From positions 1 through 59,410 of IMG/VR virus record IMGVR_UViG_3300020021_000010: a DNA stretch of 59,410 nucleotides; one strand, written 5' to 3'. Under the pieces are notes generated by a model, which was given only the letters and a program-made list of their open reading frames with translations, searched no databases and was not told where the DNA came from. The first letter of the stretch is position 1. Each line of letters opens with the position of its first letter. The position numbers and the translations under genes were made by a program. The stretch is from a virus. Taxonomy: Duplodnaviria > Caudoviricetes. Positions 46,060 through 55,058 of this stretch are shown here, piece by piece.

Positions 46060-46299
46060 ATGCCTGACCGCTCACGCAAGCGCCCTCGCGACCCGAGCCA
46101 GCTCGGGAAGCTGATCGTAGACCTCGCTACCGGCGAGGCCGAGGACGCCCCTACCGACGAGAGCAAGGACCCAGCAGCGGTCGCACTGGGGCGCAAAGGC
46201 GGCTTGAAGGGCGGGAAGGCCCGCGCGGCCAAGATGACGGCTAAGGAGCGCAGTGAGAGTGCTCGACGCGCGGCTTCTGCTCGCTGGACGAAAAGCTAG
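46060..46299 (+). CDS. Small basic IS-associated protein (KRPRD..QL.K.IVD.ATG / GG.KGG.ARA family)
   Basis: Sequence motif; TACTAT 7 nt before ATG (leaderless). Confidence 0.8.
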   Translation: MPDRSRKRPRDPSQLGKLIVDLATGEAEDAPTDESKDPAAVALGRKGGLKGGKARAAKMTAKERSESARRAASARWTKS

Positions 46300-47390
46300 G
46301 TCGTTACTAGTCTGAGCGGTGGATGCGCTGATGGGATCTTTGTCGGCGTGCCATTCCCCTCGACTGGAAGCATCGCTAGCCCAAACACCAAAGCATCTAG
46401 ATCTGGCTGATAGATATTCAAGGCAGAGGCGATCTCTGTCTTTGTGACGCCCTCTCGTCTCAATGCGGTGAATACTTGGTTAAGTATTTGGGATGTCTCA
46501 CGCTGCATAGGCTGAGGCTCATTAGTTCGGTAGCCGAGTTGAGAGATCTCGACGTAGAGCATTCGGTATTGCCACGGCGTCAGCCACTTAAGCTCAGACA
46601 AGCGGTGAGTAAGGGCTGCGACAGACACCTTCCATCGCCGCTTAGCTTTGATGAGATCGTGCAAAGTCGGCACTCGCGGGGTCGATGCGAGCAGACTTTC
46701 CGCCGGCATTAGCAACGCTGCTGCGAAGCGGTTCGCCTCTTGCTCCGGTTGATTGCCCTGCGGAACCTCATGGTGCCAGTGCATCACGAGATGCCCTAGC
46801 TCGTGCGCAGCGTCGAACCTACTGTGCTCTGCTGACTTCTTGGTGTTTAGAAAGACGAACGGCTGGGTTGATTGCCACAGCGAGAAGGCATCGACCTCTC
46901 GTGCGTCTTGGGCGAGCGAAAACACACGTACTCCGTGTGCCTCCAAGAGGTGGATGACATTGGGCAGTGGCTTTTCGCCCAGCTTCCATTCGGCTCGCAC
47001 AATCTGAGCGGCTGTCTCCGCATCAAGTCCGGGACCAAGCCGTGGTACGTCTTGCGGTGGAAGGCGAAAGCGCTCTGAGATCCAATCATGGAGGGCCAGG
47101 GCGAGGTCCCCGGCGGCGCGTGCAGTGTGGCGCTGAGACGCCGTCATCTTCGCGAGCGATCGAAAACTGACCGCGTCATCCTCGATGCGATCAAGGTCCG
47201 CAGCATGAAAGAAGCTGACCGGAAATTGGAGCACGTCTGCGAGCCGCGCAACGGTTAGCTCGCTCGGGACGGTTTCACCCGACTCGAAGCCAGTCACGGC
47301 GCGCGTCGAGACGCCAACAAGTTCAGCAATGCGCTTCTTGTTTAGTCCGCGCCTCTGACGCGCCAGAGTCAATCGTGATGGGGTGAACAC
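46296..47390 (-). CDS. XRE-HTH + ImmA/IrrE (M78) metallopeptidase fusion
   Basis: N-term HTH; RFDAAHELGH, EANRFAAALLMP. Confidence 0.92.
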   Translation of the reverse strand: MFTPSRLTLARQRRGLNKKRIAELVGVSTRAVTGFESGETVPSELTVARLADVLQFPVSFFHAADLDRIEDDAVSFRSLAKMTASQRHTARAAGDLALALHDWISERFRLPPQDVPRLGPGLDAETAAQIVRAEWKLGEKPLPNVIHLLEAHGVRVFSLAQDAREVDAFSLWQSTQPFVFLNTKKSAEHSRFDAAHELGHLVMHWHHEVPQGNQPEQEANRFAAALLMPAESLLASTPRVPTLHDLIKAKRRWKVSVAALTHRLSELKWLTPWQYRMLYVEISQLGYRTNEPQPMQRETSQILNQVFTALRREGVTKTEIASALNIYQPDLDALVFGLAMLPVEGNGTPTKIPSAHPPLRLVTT

Positions 47391-47392
47391 GC

Positions 47393-48064
47393 CTAGATCC
47401 GTTCGACGGGCACATATACGCCTGCATCCCCATCATCATCATCATCATCATCGTTCTTCCCGCTGGGAATCGATTCAATCTCAATTGGATCGAAGATGAT
47501 CCGGTCGTACCAAGACACGACACGCCCCTGCTCGTCTTGCCCTTTGGGGCGTGACAGCTCGTAGCGAATCTCCTCCTGGGTGGTGGTGATGAGCACGATC
47601 CAGAGCGTTTGCGCCGAGATCGTGGGCTTCTGATCTTGGACGACCTTTGGAGCCGGCCAGAGCGTTAGCTGCTCATCGAGTTTGACGTTTGTCTCGACCG
47701 CGAGCGTCGTCTCTGTGCCCTTTTTGTGCTTCGTCCGCGGTTCTGCTTCGCTTTCTATCCCGGTGTTCTCATCGCCGGTAGCGACCGTAATCGCGATCTT
47801 TGCATCGGGGCTGATGATGCGTGAGTAGTTGTGCGCGTCCGTGGGCGTCCAGTCCTGGGCGACCGCAAGCATCCTCAACGCACGATGGGTCTGCGCCCAT
47901 TGCACGGTTCCGGGGTAGCTCGGCGGATCGAATGACGTGCAACTGGAGCGTGCTACGAAGCCCCTGAGCACTGCCGTCTTGATCGTCTCTTCTGAAACGC
48001 CTACGCGGTGGAGCTGGGTGACGCGCTCGTGCGGTTGGTGGAAGCTGCGAGCAGGCTCAGCCAT
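47393..48064 (-). CDS. Partner of the HTH-peptidase, putative toxin
   Basis: Co-oriented 2 nt upstream; GD..TG....P.T...KG..T, R.ELS.P, W..RI; acidic poly-Asp tail. Confidence 0.55.
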   Translation of the reverse strand: MAEPARSFHQPHERVTQLHRVGVSEETIKTAVLRGFVARSSCTSFDPPSYPGTVQWAQTHRALRMLAVAQDWTPTDAHNYSRIISPDAKIAITVATGDENTGIESEAEPRTKHKKGTETTLAVETNVKLDEQLTLWPAPKVVQDQKPTISAQTLWIVLITTTQEEIRYELSRPKGQDEQGRVVSWYDRIIFDPIEIESIPSGKNDDDDDDDGDAGVYVPVERI

Positions 48065-48071
48065 CAGGGAA

Positions 48072-48105
48072 GGAACCTCCAGTTAGGGACGAGGTTCCTA
48101 TTATG
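48072..48105 (-). promoter_or_regulatory. Putative -10 (CATAAT) and inverted repeat/operator for the toxin-peptidase operon
   Basis: ggaacctc (48072-48079) ... gaggttcc (48091-48098) next to attatg (48100-48105). Confidence 0.45.
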
Positions 48106-48179
48106 CTATCACAGTGCGAGCGGAAAACAGGAAGTACGAAACTGATCTTTCTGTCCGACCGCTCACGCATAATGTCAAC

Positions 48180-49016
48180 ATGAACCGACTGAGCATCGAG
48201 CGGCGCACACAGATCATCGCAATGCTCACGGAGGGGAACAGCATGAGGGCGACGGCCCGCATGGCTGGGTGCTCGTTCAACACCGTCTCAAAGCTGCTGC
48301 TGGACGTGGGCGCGGCCTGCACCGAGTACCAAGACCGCACACTGCGCGACCTTCACTGCACGACGATGCAATGCGATGAGATATGGAGCTTCGTCGGCTC
48401 GAAGGCCAAGAACGTGCCCGACGACCGCAAGGACGAGTTCGGAGTCGGGGATGTCTGGTGCTGGGTGGCGATCGACGCCGACTCAAAGCTCGTGCCGTCG
48501 TGGCTGCTGGGGGAACGGAAGACCGCCGACTGCATCGCGTTCCTGGACGATCTACGCAACCGGCTCCGCTACCGCATCCAGCTCTCCACAGACGCGCACG
48601 CGAGCTACAAGGGCGCCGTGGGGCTCGTGTTCGCCAGCGACGTGGATTGGGCGCAGGTCATCAAGGAATACAAGACCACGACCGTCGCGCCGGGTCGCTA
48701 CAGCCCACCAGCCTGCACGGGCGTCCGCGTCAAGCCGCAGCTCGGCGACCCGGATCTCGCCAAGGTGAGCACCAGCTATATCGAGCGGCAGAACCTCACC
48801 ATGAGGATGAACATGCGCCGGTACACGCGGCTAACAAACGCGTTCTCCAAGAAACTAGAGAGCCACGCCGCAGCGGTCGCGCTGCACTTCATGCACTACA
48901 ACTTCGCCCGTCCGCACAAGACGCTCGCCAACCCTTACCCGCGCACTCCCGCGATGGCCGCAGGGATCGCAGATCACATCTGGACGCCCGTTGAGATCGC
49001 CGAACTCTCAAACTGA
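48180..49016 (+). CDS. IS1-family DDE transposase (single ORF)
   Basis: N-term HTH, QCDEIWSFV, LSTD, IERQNLTMR...RRYTRLTNAFSKK, YNF.RPH; stop lies within the right IR. Confidence 0.9.
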   Translation: MNRLSIERRTQIIAMLTEGNSMRATARMAGCSFNTVSKLLLDVGAACTEYQDRTLRDLHCTTMQCDEIWSFVGSKAKNVPDDRKDEFGVGDVWCWVAIDADSKLVPSWLLGERKTADCIAFLDDLRNRLRYRIQLSTDAHASYKGAVGLVFASDVDWAQVIKEYKTTTVAPGRYSPPACTGVRVKPQLGDPDLAKVSTSYIERQNLTMRMNMRRYTRLTNAFSKKLESHAAAVALHFMHYNFARPHKTLANPYPRTPAMAAGIADHIWTPVEIAELSN

Positions 49017-49025
49017 TGCACTACC

Positions 49026-49361
49026 CAAAATCGCAGTGCAGGAGCCGGGCGTGATGCCCGTCGACCGTGACCTCGAACCACCGGCCGAGGGTCGAGTCAT
49101 CCCGAATGGCGATGCAGGGCCGGTCGGTGTTCCCGCCGTCGGCCGTCTCGCCTTCGGAGTCGCCGGTCAGCGCGCCGAACGTGGAGACGCGACCTTCGAC
49201 CACATACCCCGTGTAGGGGTTGTGCTTCAGCCAGAGCTGGTAGGCGTGATCGTCGCAACGGCGGGTCCTGCACCCGGGCGCGTGCGCCTGGGCTGAAACA
49301 GACGACGCCAGTAGCGCCGCCACGGTGAGCGTGAGAGGTAGTAGGCGTAGGCGGATGCCAT
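49026..49361 (-). pseudogene. 5' fragment of secreted RlpA-like (DPBB) gene
   Basis: Signal-peptide-like RLRLLPLTLTVAALLASSVSAQA, then STF...TADG; truncated by the IR; the RBS-linked ATG at 49361 is out of frame by 1 nt. Confidence 0.7.
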
Positions 49362-49544
49362 GCGTCTCCTTGTCTCGTTGAGCCCGGGCCGATGGCCGAG
49401 GCCTGTCACTTCCGCCCCCGAAGGGGCAGGCGAGCTACCGGACTACGTTCAGCGTGACTTCGTAGTCCTCGTGCTGTTCACGCTCGTGCTTGAACGGGAA
49501 CAGCCACCGATGCGTCACATAGCCAACGCACCATTCGATGCCCT

Positions 49545-49694
49545 TCACGACGCCGGCTCCAACTTCACGCCGTCACGGTCGACCGTGACCTTGCCGAGCG
49601 GGAGGTCGCCTTCTTCGGTCGCGTCGTTCCACAGCAGGACTTCAGCCGTCGGCTTTGCCTTCTGCAGGTGCTTGATCAGCTCGGCGGCCGTCAC
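49545..49694 (-). CDS. 49-aa hypothetical protein
   Basis: MT..ELI..L....P.AEV pattern, GTGA-coupled to the upstream stop. Confidence 0.55.
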   Translation of the reverse strand: MTAAELIKHLQKAKPTAEVLLWNDATEEGDLPLGKVTVDRDGVKLEPAS

Positions 49695-50251
49695 GACTGC
49701 CCCACAACAAGCACGACCCAGCGGCCCCGCTCTGAGTGCGTGGCCTTCCGGACCTCCAGCTTGCTCGACGGCGTAACAGCGCCAGCGAAGCGCGCGTAGA
49801 GCGTCTGGCGTTCAGGTTCATCGGTCGGTGGCCAGCCACTGCCGCCTTCGGCGAGGGCAGCGGCCTGCAGCCGTTCATCCGCGCGCCTGGCCAGCAGCGC
49901 CGTTCGTCGCCAGAAGTGCACGCTGATGACGTGCCGGTGCGTGCCGGCACGGGCGAGCGCGAAGACCCTGCCGGCCTTCGTCGACGTCGTAGTGCGTCGC
50001 GCCAACGCCCCGACAGCAATCGGGATCAGCACGGTCACGATCAATTCCGCAGTGCTCTGATGCAGCACCACCCCGAGCGCACTCGCCACAGCCGTCACGG
50101 CAGCGACGGCGCCTGCGATCACGGCAGTCGGCTCGGAGAACCACACTTCCTGCAGCGCGGCGATCAGGCGTTCCTTGACGAGCACCAGGAGACCGATGAG
50201 CGCCGACGGCAGCTTGACGAGCTTCGTGACGAGCTGCTTGGCGGCCGTCAC
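49691..50251 (-). CDS. Holin-like membrane protein
   Basis: EP.AVI.GAV.AV...A.ALGV.L....E....VL..I.VG.LAR helices, in lysis cassette. Confidence 0.55.
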   Translation of the reverse strand: MTAAKQLVTKLVKLPSALIGLLVLVKERLIAALQEVWFSEPTAVIAGAVAAVTAVASALGVVLHQSTAELIVTVLIPIAVGALARRTTTSTKAGRVFALARAGTHRHVISVHFWRRTALLARRADERLQAAALAEGGSGWPPTDEPERQTLYARFAGAVTPSSKLEVRKATHSERGRWVVLVVGQS

Positions 50252-50979
50252 GCTCCCGCGCTCCCATAGACCTGCGTCCAATCTTCGGTTGCCCGCGGAG
50301 CGACCGAGATGTAGCCGCCGGGGGCGAGTTCGAACGCTGCCTTCACCGACGAGCGGAAGGACATCTGCGTCGGGTTGACGTGCTGGGGCAGCCCGAACCA
50401 TGCGGGCAGCGCGAAGTCCGCGACGGTGACGTTGCCGCGCTTGTAGCCGCACTCCTGCACAGGGTCACCGACCTCGACAATCACCTTCTGCTTCTTCGCC
50501 GCGTTGATGACCGACCGCACTGTGCTGACGACGTTGGGGTCGACCGTCATCTCGAGCATCTCGTGCGAGGCGACTTCGGCCGGGTCGACGCCGTCTTCAC
50601 GCGACGTCTTCACGCCGATCTTCGACAGCGGCGTCAGAGCACCGGCGCGCAGGCCTCGCGACGAGCGTCCCGACGCTTTCTTCGGGCCCGTCGAGTGGCG
50701 GTCAAACGACGCGTCTTCGTGGTATCCGAGCGCGCCCGGGTCGTCGCAGACGTCGAGCAGTTCGATATGCCACGAGTCGTCTGGCACCTTCGCGCCGCGC
50801 GGCACCGCCTGCACCGTGATCGCCGGCGCGAGATCCTGCGTGACCCAGCACGACTCGTTGAAGTCATCGGCGGCCTGCATCGACAGGCCCGCGACGAGAT
50901 CCTTGAACTGCTCGGCGGTGAGCGTCCCTGCGCTCGTGTTGTCCTGCACCGTTATGAGCTGCGGCTTTGAAGCAGACAT
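50248..50979 (-). CDS. Zincin-like metalloprotein
   Basis: GALGYH, SHEMLE..VDP, EVGDPV, V.DF.LP.WF. Confidence 0.6.
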   Translation of the reverse strand: MSASKPQLITVQDNTSAGTLTAEQFKDLVAGLSMQAADDFNESCWVTQDLAPAITVQAVPRGAKVPDDSWHIELLDVCDDPGALGYHEDASFDRHSTGPKKASGRSSRGLRAGALTPLSKIGVKTSREDGVDPAEVASHEMLEMTVDPNVVSTVRSVINAAKKQKVIVEVGDPVQECGYKRGNVTVADFALPAWFGLPQHVNPTQMSFRSSVKAAFELAPGGYISVAPRATEDWTQVYGSAGA

Positions 50980-51009
50980 GTGGCTCCTTTCGAGAGCGGA
51001 GAGGTTGAT

Positions 51010-52065
51010 TCAGGACGCTGCTAAAGCCGCGAGAGCGGCAGAACCGAGCTTCGGTGCGAGCGTGTGCTTCCAGACGCCGTACTGGTTCGTGCCCGAGTCC
51101 TCGGCGTTGATGAGGTTGTAAACGATCAGCATCGCGACGTAGCCCTGCTGCTCGCACCACTCACCGAGGGAGGTGATGTTCGCCGCCTGCTGAGCTTCGG
51201 TCCACGCCTGCGAGTCACCGTCGGCCCCGGTGCCGGTTGGGAAGCCGACCTCGGTGATGTAGACCGGGAGCCCGGTTTCCTTGTGGGCGGCTTCGATCAT
51301 TGCGCGGTTGCCGTTCGCGCCACCAGCCTGACCCTTTTCCCCGCCGTACGGATGGACGGTCACACCGTCGCAGTAGGCGTAGCCGCCGGCTTTCTTGACG
51401 CCGGGACCGAACCTGCTCGGCGGGTTTTCCACCGAGCCGCCATCCCACGAGGCGAGCACCTTGCAGCCCGTGCCCTTCAGCGCTTCGTGCGTCGCCTTCA
51501 ACAGAGTCGTGTACGCGGTGAAGTTCTGCGGGTCCGTCCAGAACCAGCTCCCGCCGGGCTCGTTCAGAACCTCGATCGCGGTCAGCCCGAACTTCTTCAC
51601 AGCAGCCAGCACTTCGGCGGCGTAGCTCGCGGGGTTGATGCTCCCGATCGTCCCGCCTTCGCCGAAGATCACCGTCGCCGGAGTAACGCCGTGCTGCGCC
51701 GCTTCGGCGATATGCGCGGTCGTGCCGGTGCGGAAGCGCTTGATCCCAGCCGCAGCCATCTGCGGGAAGATCGCGGGCCAGCCCCCGATGTCAACGCCGA
51801 CGATCAGCTTGCCCGGTTCAACCGGAGGCACGGGTGGAGCGGGAGGCGTCGGAGGTGCCGGCGGGGGCGTGGGCGGCGCCGGAGGCACAGGCGCCGGGGC
51901 CGAGAGTCCCTTGAGCACGCTCGCCACGTCCGCCTTCGTCAACCGGAGTTCGGGCTTGTACTGCGCGTTGCCCGTCAACTTCACGACCGCCGACCCATCA
52001 GTAGCGAGGGTCGTGACGGTGGTGAGGTTCTTCAGGTCCTTCGAGATTGCGAGTAGCTCGGCCAT
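51010..52065 (-). CDS. Clan GH-A glycoside hydrolase with Pro-rich linker
   Basis: EVLNEP (acid/base), VTVHPY, YITEVG (nucleophile). Confidence 0.8.
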   Translation of the reverse strand: MAELLAISKDLKNLTTVTTLATDGSAVVKLTGNAQYKPELRLTKADVASVLKGLSAPAPVPPAPPTPPPAPPTPPAPPVPPVEPGKLIVGVDIGGWPAIFPQMAAAGIKRFRTGTTAHIAEAAQHGVTPATVIFGEGGTIGSINPASYAAEVLAAVKKFGLTAIEVLNEPGGSWFWTDPQNFTAYTTLLKATHEALKGTGCKVLASWDGGSVENPPSRFGPGVKKAGGYAYCDGVTVHPYGGEKGQAGGANGNRAMIEAAHKETGLPVYITEVGFPTGTGADGDSQAWTEAQQAANITSLGEWCEQQGYVAMLIVYNLINAEDSGTNQYGVWKHTLAPKLGSAALAALAAS

Positions 52066-52140
52066 CAGTAATCCCTTCGCTATACGACGTATTGGATAGG
52101 TGGGTGCTGCGTAGGCGTGCCGGTAGCGGGAAGCGTCGTC

Positions 52141-52716
52141 CTACCGCCCCCCGTCGCGCTCCCGGCGGCAAGTGCGACACGCGCGATAGCCATTCCACCA
52201 ATAGGTATTGGCCTCGTCGAATGGGTGCCCGCGCTTGCAGTGGGTCTGTCTCGCGTGGCGAGCGCCCATGCCCTCTCCCCGCAAAATATTCTCCCGCTTG
52301 GTGACAGGCTCTAGATGCGCTGGGCCGTGATCGTCGGGGGTCACCTTGACGCAGGCACGGTTACGGCAGAGATGGTCGAGCTCAAGGCCCTCTGGGATCG
52401 GCCCCACAAGTAGCTCGTAGGCAAAGCGGTGAGCGACGACCTGGCGCCCAGAACTATCAGCGATATAGCTGTAACCGGCTTTGAGCTTTGCGGTGCGAAC
52501 CCAGCACGACCCCAGCTCGGGACGATGCCCTGGCGTCGGTCCGTTCTTGTCCACCTTGAGCCAGAAACGCTCCTCCGACGATAGGGTGGAGCTAAGCACG
52601 CGGCCACCCACCGACGGGTCGCCGTGCCTTTCCCAGCGGCCATAATGCGCACGACACCATCCCCGCGCCAACGCCGCCCTATCGCACCCATCGATCGAGC
52701 AAGTACCCTTCGGCAT
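52141..52716 (-). CDS. HNH homing endonuclease
   Basis: CSIDGC...ARGWC..HY, RFW.KV, AHRFAY, LDHLC.N..CV, HLE.VT..EN, THC..GH. Confidence 0.9.
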   Translation of the reverse strand: MPKGTCSIDGCDRAALARGWCRAHYGRWERHGDPSVGGRVLSSTLSSEERFWLKVDKNGPTPGHRPELGSCWVRTAKLKAGYSYIADSSGRQVVAHRFAYELLVGPIPEGLELDHLCRNRACVKVTPDDHGPAHLEPVTKRENILRGEGMGARHARQTHCKRGHPFDEANTYWWNGYRACRTCRRERDGGR

Positions 52717-52744
52717 GTCGCACCTCCTAGTTAGGCGTGGCCAT

Positions 52745-52793
52745 GCCCCCGGCGTCCAACCGCGCGGGGGCACTTCTATTGGTGCGAATTATA
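52745..52793 (-). promoter_or_regulatory. -10 TATAAT plus conserved leader hairpin upstream of the HNH gene
   Basis: TATAAT at 52793-52788; AAGTGCCCCCGCGC-N8-GCCGGGGGC. Confidence 0.6.
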
Positions 52794-52799
52794 CCCGAC

Positions 52800-53936
52800 C
52801 TAGTAGATACCAAGATGGTGAAAATCTGCGATCCGAGCGGCCTCGCGCTTGCCGTGCGCAAGCCAGAGACCGCAGAGGGTGTGGTAGCTCGGGGGTGTTG
52901 CGTGCCCGAGCGTCGGTGGTGTCAGACGGCAGTGACGCCGGTCGATGTCCGCGTGGAGCTCGGCACGCAGTTCGTACGCCTTGTTGAGTTCCCTGTGCCA
53001 GCGCGCCACCGCCTGCGCGCGCGTTGGAGCACTCCCGGTGAACGCCGACTCGGCAACTTCGAGGCGGCTCATGTCAGTCGTGCTGACACCGTTGAACCCG
53101 CGGTCGGTGTACTGCCACAGGTCCACACCACCCCAGCCACACGGGATCGCAAGCCTTGAACGGGAGCCGTATCCGCTGACCCAGCGTTTCGCGTGCGGAG
53201 GTCGCCAGCAGCCCAATACAGGGTTCCACCACCACGCTCCCGTGTAGATCGCGGGCCACCTTCCGGTGAGGGAATGCACCGTGTCGATCCACGACGTGAT
53301 CCATGCCCGGGCACCCGTCGTCGTGCAGTTCGGGTGAAGCGGCCACTCCGCATCCCCGACGGGGAGGAATGAGTGTCCGACGAGGCCGATCGCCTTCAGC
53401 CTCGCCGCGAACAGCCGGGCCTCTCCCGCGCTCGACGTGCGACAGACTTCGAGGAAGTCGTAGCCGCCTGGGGTCACACCGGCAGCTCGAGCGGATTTCG
53501 CCATCCCCGACGCCGTGGAGTCCACGTACGCGGTGCCCTGGATCGTCTTTAGGTACGCGAACGGATGCCCGTGCGCCTTGACCGGCGCCCAGCCGTAGAA
53601 CGGGTTGTTGTTGCTCACGTCCGGGCCGGTCGCATGACTCACCGCGCCCTGGGAGACCAGGACGGCGAACCGAGCGGTCGGCGCTTCGACCACGGCGCTG
53701 GGAGCGCATGCCCCGAGTTCGCCGTGGCCAGCTTCGATTTCCGCCTTGACCTTCGGACCGCAACTCGGTGCTTCGCCGGATGGGGGCTTGACGGCGCCAG
53801 GCTTGGGGGCCAGCGGCTTGAGCGGAGCCGGAGCGCTCGGCTTGGACGGCGCGGTTTTGCCGCAACCGACGACGACTATCGCTACGAACAAGACAGCGAT
53901 AGTCGCCCAGTAGCTGGCGAAGAACAGGCGTCTCAT
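52800..53936 (-). CDS. GH25 muramidase endolysin with N-terminal signal / lipobox
   Basis: GPDVS, FAYLK..QG..YVD, DAE, IYTG, WVSGY, LWQYT; hydrophobic N-term ending VVGC. Confidence 0.85.
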   Translation of the reverse strand: MRRLFFASYWATIAVLFVAIVVVGCGKTAPSKPSAPAPLKPLAPKPGAVKPPSGEAPSCGPKVKAEIEAGHGELGACAPSAVVEAPTARFAVLVSQGAVSHATGPDVSNNNPFYGWAPVKAHGHPFAYLKTIQGTAYVDSTASGMAKSARAAGVTPGGYDFLEVCRTSSAGEARLFAARLKAIGLVGHSFLPVGDAEWPLHPNCTTTGARAWITSWIDTVHSLTGRWPAIYTGAWWWNPVLGCWRPPHAKRWVSGYGSRSRLAIPCGWGGVDLWQYTDRGFNGVSTTDMSRLEVAESAFTGSAPTRAQAVARWHRELNKAYELRAELHADIDRRHCRLTPPTLGHATPPSYHTLCGLWLAHGKREAARIADFHHLGIY

Positions 53937-53947
53937 ATGGACCTCGA

Positions 53948-54292
53948 TCAGTCGGAGGGATGCGTAGCGCTCTGATGCGCCACGCGGATGTGCTCGACGG
54001 TCACCGCTTCACCGGGCTTATGAGCGACCGCCGGGTGGTGGCCTTCGTGGTGGCAGGCCCGGTAGCCGGTCCCCGGAACTGGGTGCCCCCACCGTGAGCA
54101 GCCATCGACCTGACATTCCATGTGCTTATGCACGCGTCTCGCCCACGGCCGCACGACCCGTCGGATCACGACGAAGATCAGCAGCAGCTCCAGCAGCTTG
54201 AAAAGGGTTCCACCCCATTCGCTGCTGAAGAAGTTGTAGAGGCTCGGACGCAGCCACAGTTCGCTCACCGGGCCGAGGAGAACGGCGAGCAT
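53948..54292 (-). CDS. Membrane protein (lysis cassette)
   Basis: TM segment then H..C...GC.R.GH. Confidence 0.5.
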   Translation of the reverse strand: MLAVLLGPVSELWLRPSLYNFFSSEWGGTLFKLLELLLIFVVIRRVVRPWARRVHKHMECQVDGCSRWGHPVPGTGYRACHHEGHHPAVAHKPGEAVTVEHIRVAHQSATHPSD

Positions 54293-54609
54293 CAGCACTT
54301 CCGGTGCTTCGGCTGCTCCCCCTCGATCGTCACGTACGCACCAACCTGTTCGCGGAGGTTCGCCAACGGCGCGATAAGGGGCGTTGCGGTCGAAGGGGGT
54401 GTGCGGGGCGCCGGCGTGAGCAGCTCCGCGACGTCGGCCATGATCTCCGTGAGGTGGTGCTGGCCTCTCAACCCACGGCTCTGGATGGTGCACGTCGCCG
54501 CTTCGTCGCTACCTACGCGGCCGTGGTCGTCGATCACGAAGTACGTGTTCACGCCGATCGCCAACAGCAAGATCACCAGGCCAGCCGTGTAGAAGTTGTT
54601 GCGGGTCAT
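54292..54609 (-). CDS. Membrane protein (lysis cassette)
   Basis: N-terminal TM, two Cys incl. C-terminal Cys. Confidence 0.5.
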   Translation of the reverse strand: MTRNNFYTAGLVILLLAIGVNTYFVIDDHGRVGSDEAATCTIQSRGLRGQHHLTEIMADVAELLTPAPRTPPSTATPLIAPLANLREQVGAYVTIEGEQPKHRKC

Positions 54610-54968
54610 CTCACGCCTCCCAGGTGGGGGCCGACAAGAGCCCCGGCGATAGCAGCAACCCCGAGCCAGAACTCGCGGCGGGAAAGCTGCTTGGACACCG
54701 CGTCCGTCGCGGACTGCGCTAGTGCCTGGGAGACCTCCTCGGCGGTCTTCATCTTCGCCAGCACCTCGTCGATCCGGCGCTCCACCCCAGCCACCCTCGT
54801 CCCGAGAACCTCCTGGGCTTTCGCGGAGCGTTCGATCGACCCGTTGATCGCATTCAGGCGCCGGTCGTGCTCGTCGATCCGTCCGTCTACGACCTGTTCG
54901 CGGCGTCCCCTCTGCTCTGCTAGCTGGATCGCCTTCGCTTCTCGGCCCTGATCTGTCTCGGGAGGCAT
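54606..54968 (-). CDS. Coiled-coil + C-terminal TM protein (XhlA-like)
   Basis: Heptad region followed by FWLGVAAIAGALVG. Confidence 0.55.
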   Translation of the reverse strand: MPPETDQGREAKAIQLAEQRGRREQVVDGRIDEHDRRLNAINGSIERSAKAQEVLGTRVAGVERRIDEVLAKMKTAEEVSQALAQSATDAVSKQLSRREFWLGVAAIAGALVGPHLGGVR

Positions 54969-55058
54969 TCTCAGGGTGCCGGCGGGTTGGGTGCATGGGT
55001 CACTTGAAGACCTCCAGGGGATTCCGCTGATTTGACTGCTACCTGTATGCTCTGCGGC

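Larger units (their letters stand above)
44740..49025. mobile_element. IS1-family transposon with cargo genes (4286 bp)
   Basis: Perfect 18-bp IRs GGTAGTGCATCAGTTTGA (44740-44757) / TCAAACTGATGCACTACC (49008-49025); 8-bp TSD CAAAATCG at 44732-44739 and 49026-49033. Confidence 0.95.

Noticed and set aside
47431-47452. (CAT)7 microsatellite as phase-variation switch
   Set aside because: Triplet encoding a poly-Asp tail; slippage would not shift the frame
49362-49545. c-di-AMP riboswitch upstream of the RlpA-like gene
   Set aside because: Consensus elements not found; most of the stretch is a coupled 37-aa ORF
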